Positions 62,301 to 64,000 of a stretch of 64,000 nucleotides of DNA are shown one piece after another. The DNA lies in the NCBI GenBank assembly GCA_030704615.1, contig CM060734.1, forward strand, positions 14,446,001-14,510,000. Direction: 5' to 3'. Position numbers and translations under genes: made by a program. Under the pieces are notes generated by a model. The model was given only the letters and a program-made list of their open reading frames with translations, was not told the origin of the DNA and did no database searches. The stretch comes from Takakia lepidozioides (Eukaryota > Plantae > Bryophyta). Within the stretch, counting starts at the first letter, position 1; each line of letters starts with the position of its first letter.

Positions 62301-64000
62301 ATGAAAGAATCCCTCACTGGCAGCTCAAACAGTGTGCGTCAATGCACACTGTTTGAGCTGTACATGTCACTGTTTTTTTGGTGTTAAATTCGGACTTCCA
62401 GGGCAGGTTTTTGAAGATGAAATAACCATTCAGTGGCAGCTCAAAGAGTGTGCATTGGCGCACACTGTTTGAGCTGAACATGTAATTGTTTTTTCCGAGT
62501 TAAATTCGGACTTCCAGGGCAGGTTTCTGAGGATGGAAGAATCCCTCACTGGCAACTCAAACAGTGTGCGTCAACGCACACTGTTTGAGCTGGACATGTC
62601 ACACTGTTCGAACTCACCTTTTCACTTTTTTCATCCGAAATCGGCCGCATATCTTGGAGTTTACAATGAACACTTACCTGGCACAAGTAGATGTTCAATG
62701 ATCATTTACCTGGCAAGTGAAAGAGTGTGCGTCAACGCACACTTTTTGAGCCCACTTTTACATTGTCTTTTTCTGTGGAATTCGGCAACATAGGACATGT
62801 CTGTGAGGGTCAATGTACACTTACCTGGCAGCTTAAAATAGTGTGTGTCAACGCACACTCTTTGAGCCCACTTTTTCATGCCTCAGCCGACGTTTCATGC
62901 CTCTCTAATATCAAGTTGAATGAACAACCCTGCAGGAGGAGATGCAAAGTGTGGCAGATGAGGTCCCTTCGGGTCAGGAGAAGGAGATAATTGTTGATGT
63001 GGACGATGAGTTCTATGAAAGCAAAGCCGCTGAGATGCCGGGGGGTCAGAAGGTAAACTCTCAGCTTGTGGTGCAAAGTATGCTTGCCCCGGGTAGGAGG
63101 TTGAAGATTCCCCTGTGTAGGTTGGTTTCCATGCCCGTCGTTCGTCCACCCCTCGTCAAGGACATTCTCAAGCTGGAGGCCGAGTTTGTTCATGGGTATT
63201 TGGATGGATCCGCAGTCTTTTACGTTTCTACTAGGGATTCCAAAGGTAATGAGCTCCTCGTGGATGAGTCAATCGTGGACTCCTGGGACCCCATTTGGGG
63301 ACAGCTGAACGAATCCTTCGAACTTCTTCTCTCCAGGAAACCTTCTACCCAGGCATTCTCGGGAAAGATGTTTCACGTTTGGGATGGGAACCACCGCTTG
63401 CTTGCATGGATGGCTGTCATTGGGAGGCTGCACTCACAGGAGGAAGAGTGGCATTACTCTGTTCGATCGATGGTGCTGGATTGTGACGGGAACATGATGG
63501 GTTTTCTGACGGCAATGAATGATGTGAACAGGTTGGTTTCTCATTCTACATGTTCCACTTGTGGTTCCGTTCTTCTTTGATTGAAGACCTTGAATTTCAT
63601 TCTGACTTACAGATATCATTCTGCAGAGGAACGGAGACATCGCATGTCAAAACGAGTTTGGTTCACACACTGTATAAGATACAAAGGATCGGGCAGATGC
63701 CCTTGACCAACTTCAAGACCATCATTTCAGCGGAGATGTACAAGAAGTGCGAAAGCTCCAAGACATCGGAAACGTGGTACTCGTTGACCCGTGAGGCTTT
63801 CATGGAGTACATGTACACGGTGAGATACATCTTCCTTCATCTGGTCTTCCATATTCCACATGATTGTTTCTGTTTGTTTCCCTTGACCTTGTGCTGATGC
63901 AACTCTCTTGCATTCCCTTGCAGCAAGACATTGCAGATGCAGGGGAGCGTGGCAAACTGGAATACTACAGCTCTATCCCTGAGGAGAGAAGGACAGCAAA
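59314..64000 (+). CDS. Second ParB/Srx-like accessory gene (5'-truncated, runs off window)
   Basis: Exons ~59314-59586, 62936-63531, 63627-63819, 63924-end, with in-frame GT-AG junctions. LKIPLCRLVSMPVVRP...ILKLEAEFVHGY...FYVS...MFHVWDGNHRLLAW. Collinear with the 9151-14239 gene, sharing two intron positions. Two TAG codons near 59332-59346. Confidence 0.8.
59680..62870. repeat. ~116-bp tandem array (~24 good plus ~4 degenerate units), each with the 40-bp palindrome CAGCTCAAACAGTGTGCG-N4-CGCACACTGTTTGAGCTG
   Basis: Palindrome starts at 59899, 60014, 60129, 60245, 60361 ... 62553. Two unit types (loop TTGG or TCAA) form a 347-bp trimer and a 694-bp hexamer higher-order repeat. Confidence 0.96.

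Noticed and set aside
59680-62870. CRISPR array
   Set aside because: The sequences between palindromes are near-identical in three classes rather than unique spacers, there are no cas genes, and the context is eukaryotic and intronic.

Overview
Eukaryotic, repeat-saturated window. Spliceosomal introns and the TE types suggest a plant, probably a non-seed land plant (inference). No ordinary host gene is recognisable. Contents in order: (1) a ~1.94-kb macrosatellite in two subfamilies (1-8391; 22301-36447; inverted scrap 58547-59313) and a 500-N gap; (2) an ~11.4-kb Mutator-like (MULE) DNA transposon (~9151-20522) carrying a GCM-like/DDE/SWIM transposase and a divergently transcribed, multi-exon accessory gene with a ParB/Srx-like domain (VWDGNHRLLAW) and a C-terminal amino-DNA-methyltransferase-like domain, with three non-coding arrays built on one palindromic motif (core GGCGCCGAATTT) in the intergenic region, an intron and the 3' end; (3) LINE and MULE debris (36448-39320); (4) a full-length 13.3-kb Ty3/gypsy LTR element (43714-57002, TSD GCGCA) with extra ORFs on both sides of gag-pol, nested head-on in an older relative, plus a third truncated copy (20520-22297); (5) a second, diverged ParB-like gene (59314 to window end) with two conserved intron positions, whose predicted 3.3-kb intron holds a 116-bp tandem array of a different 40-bp palindrome. 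Best candidate novel system: transposon-borne ParB-like(-MTase-like) proteins, each paired with its own parS-like palindrome array. All domain calls are by eye; no searches were run.
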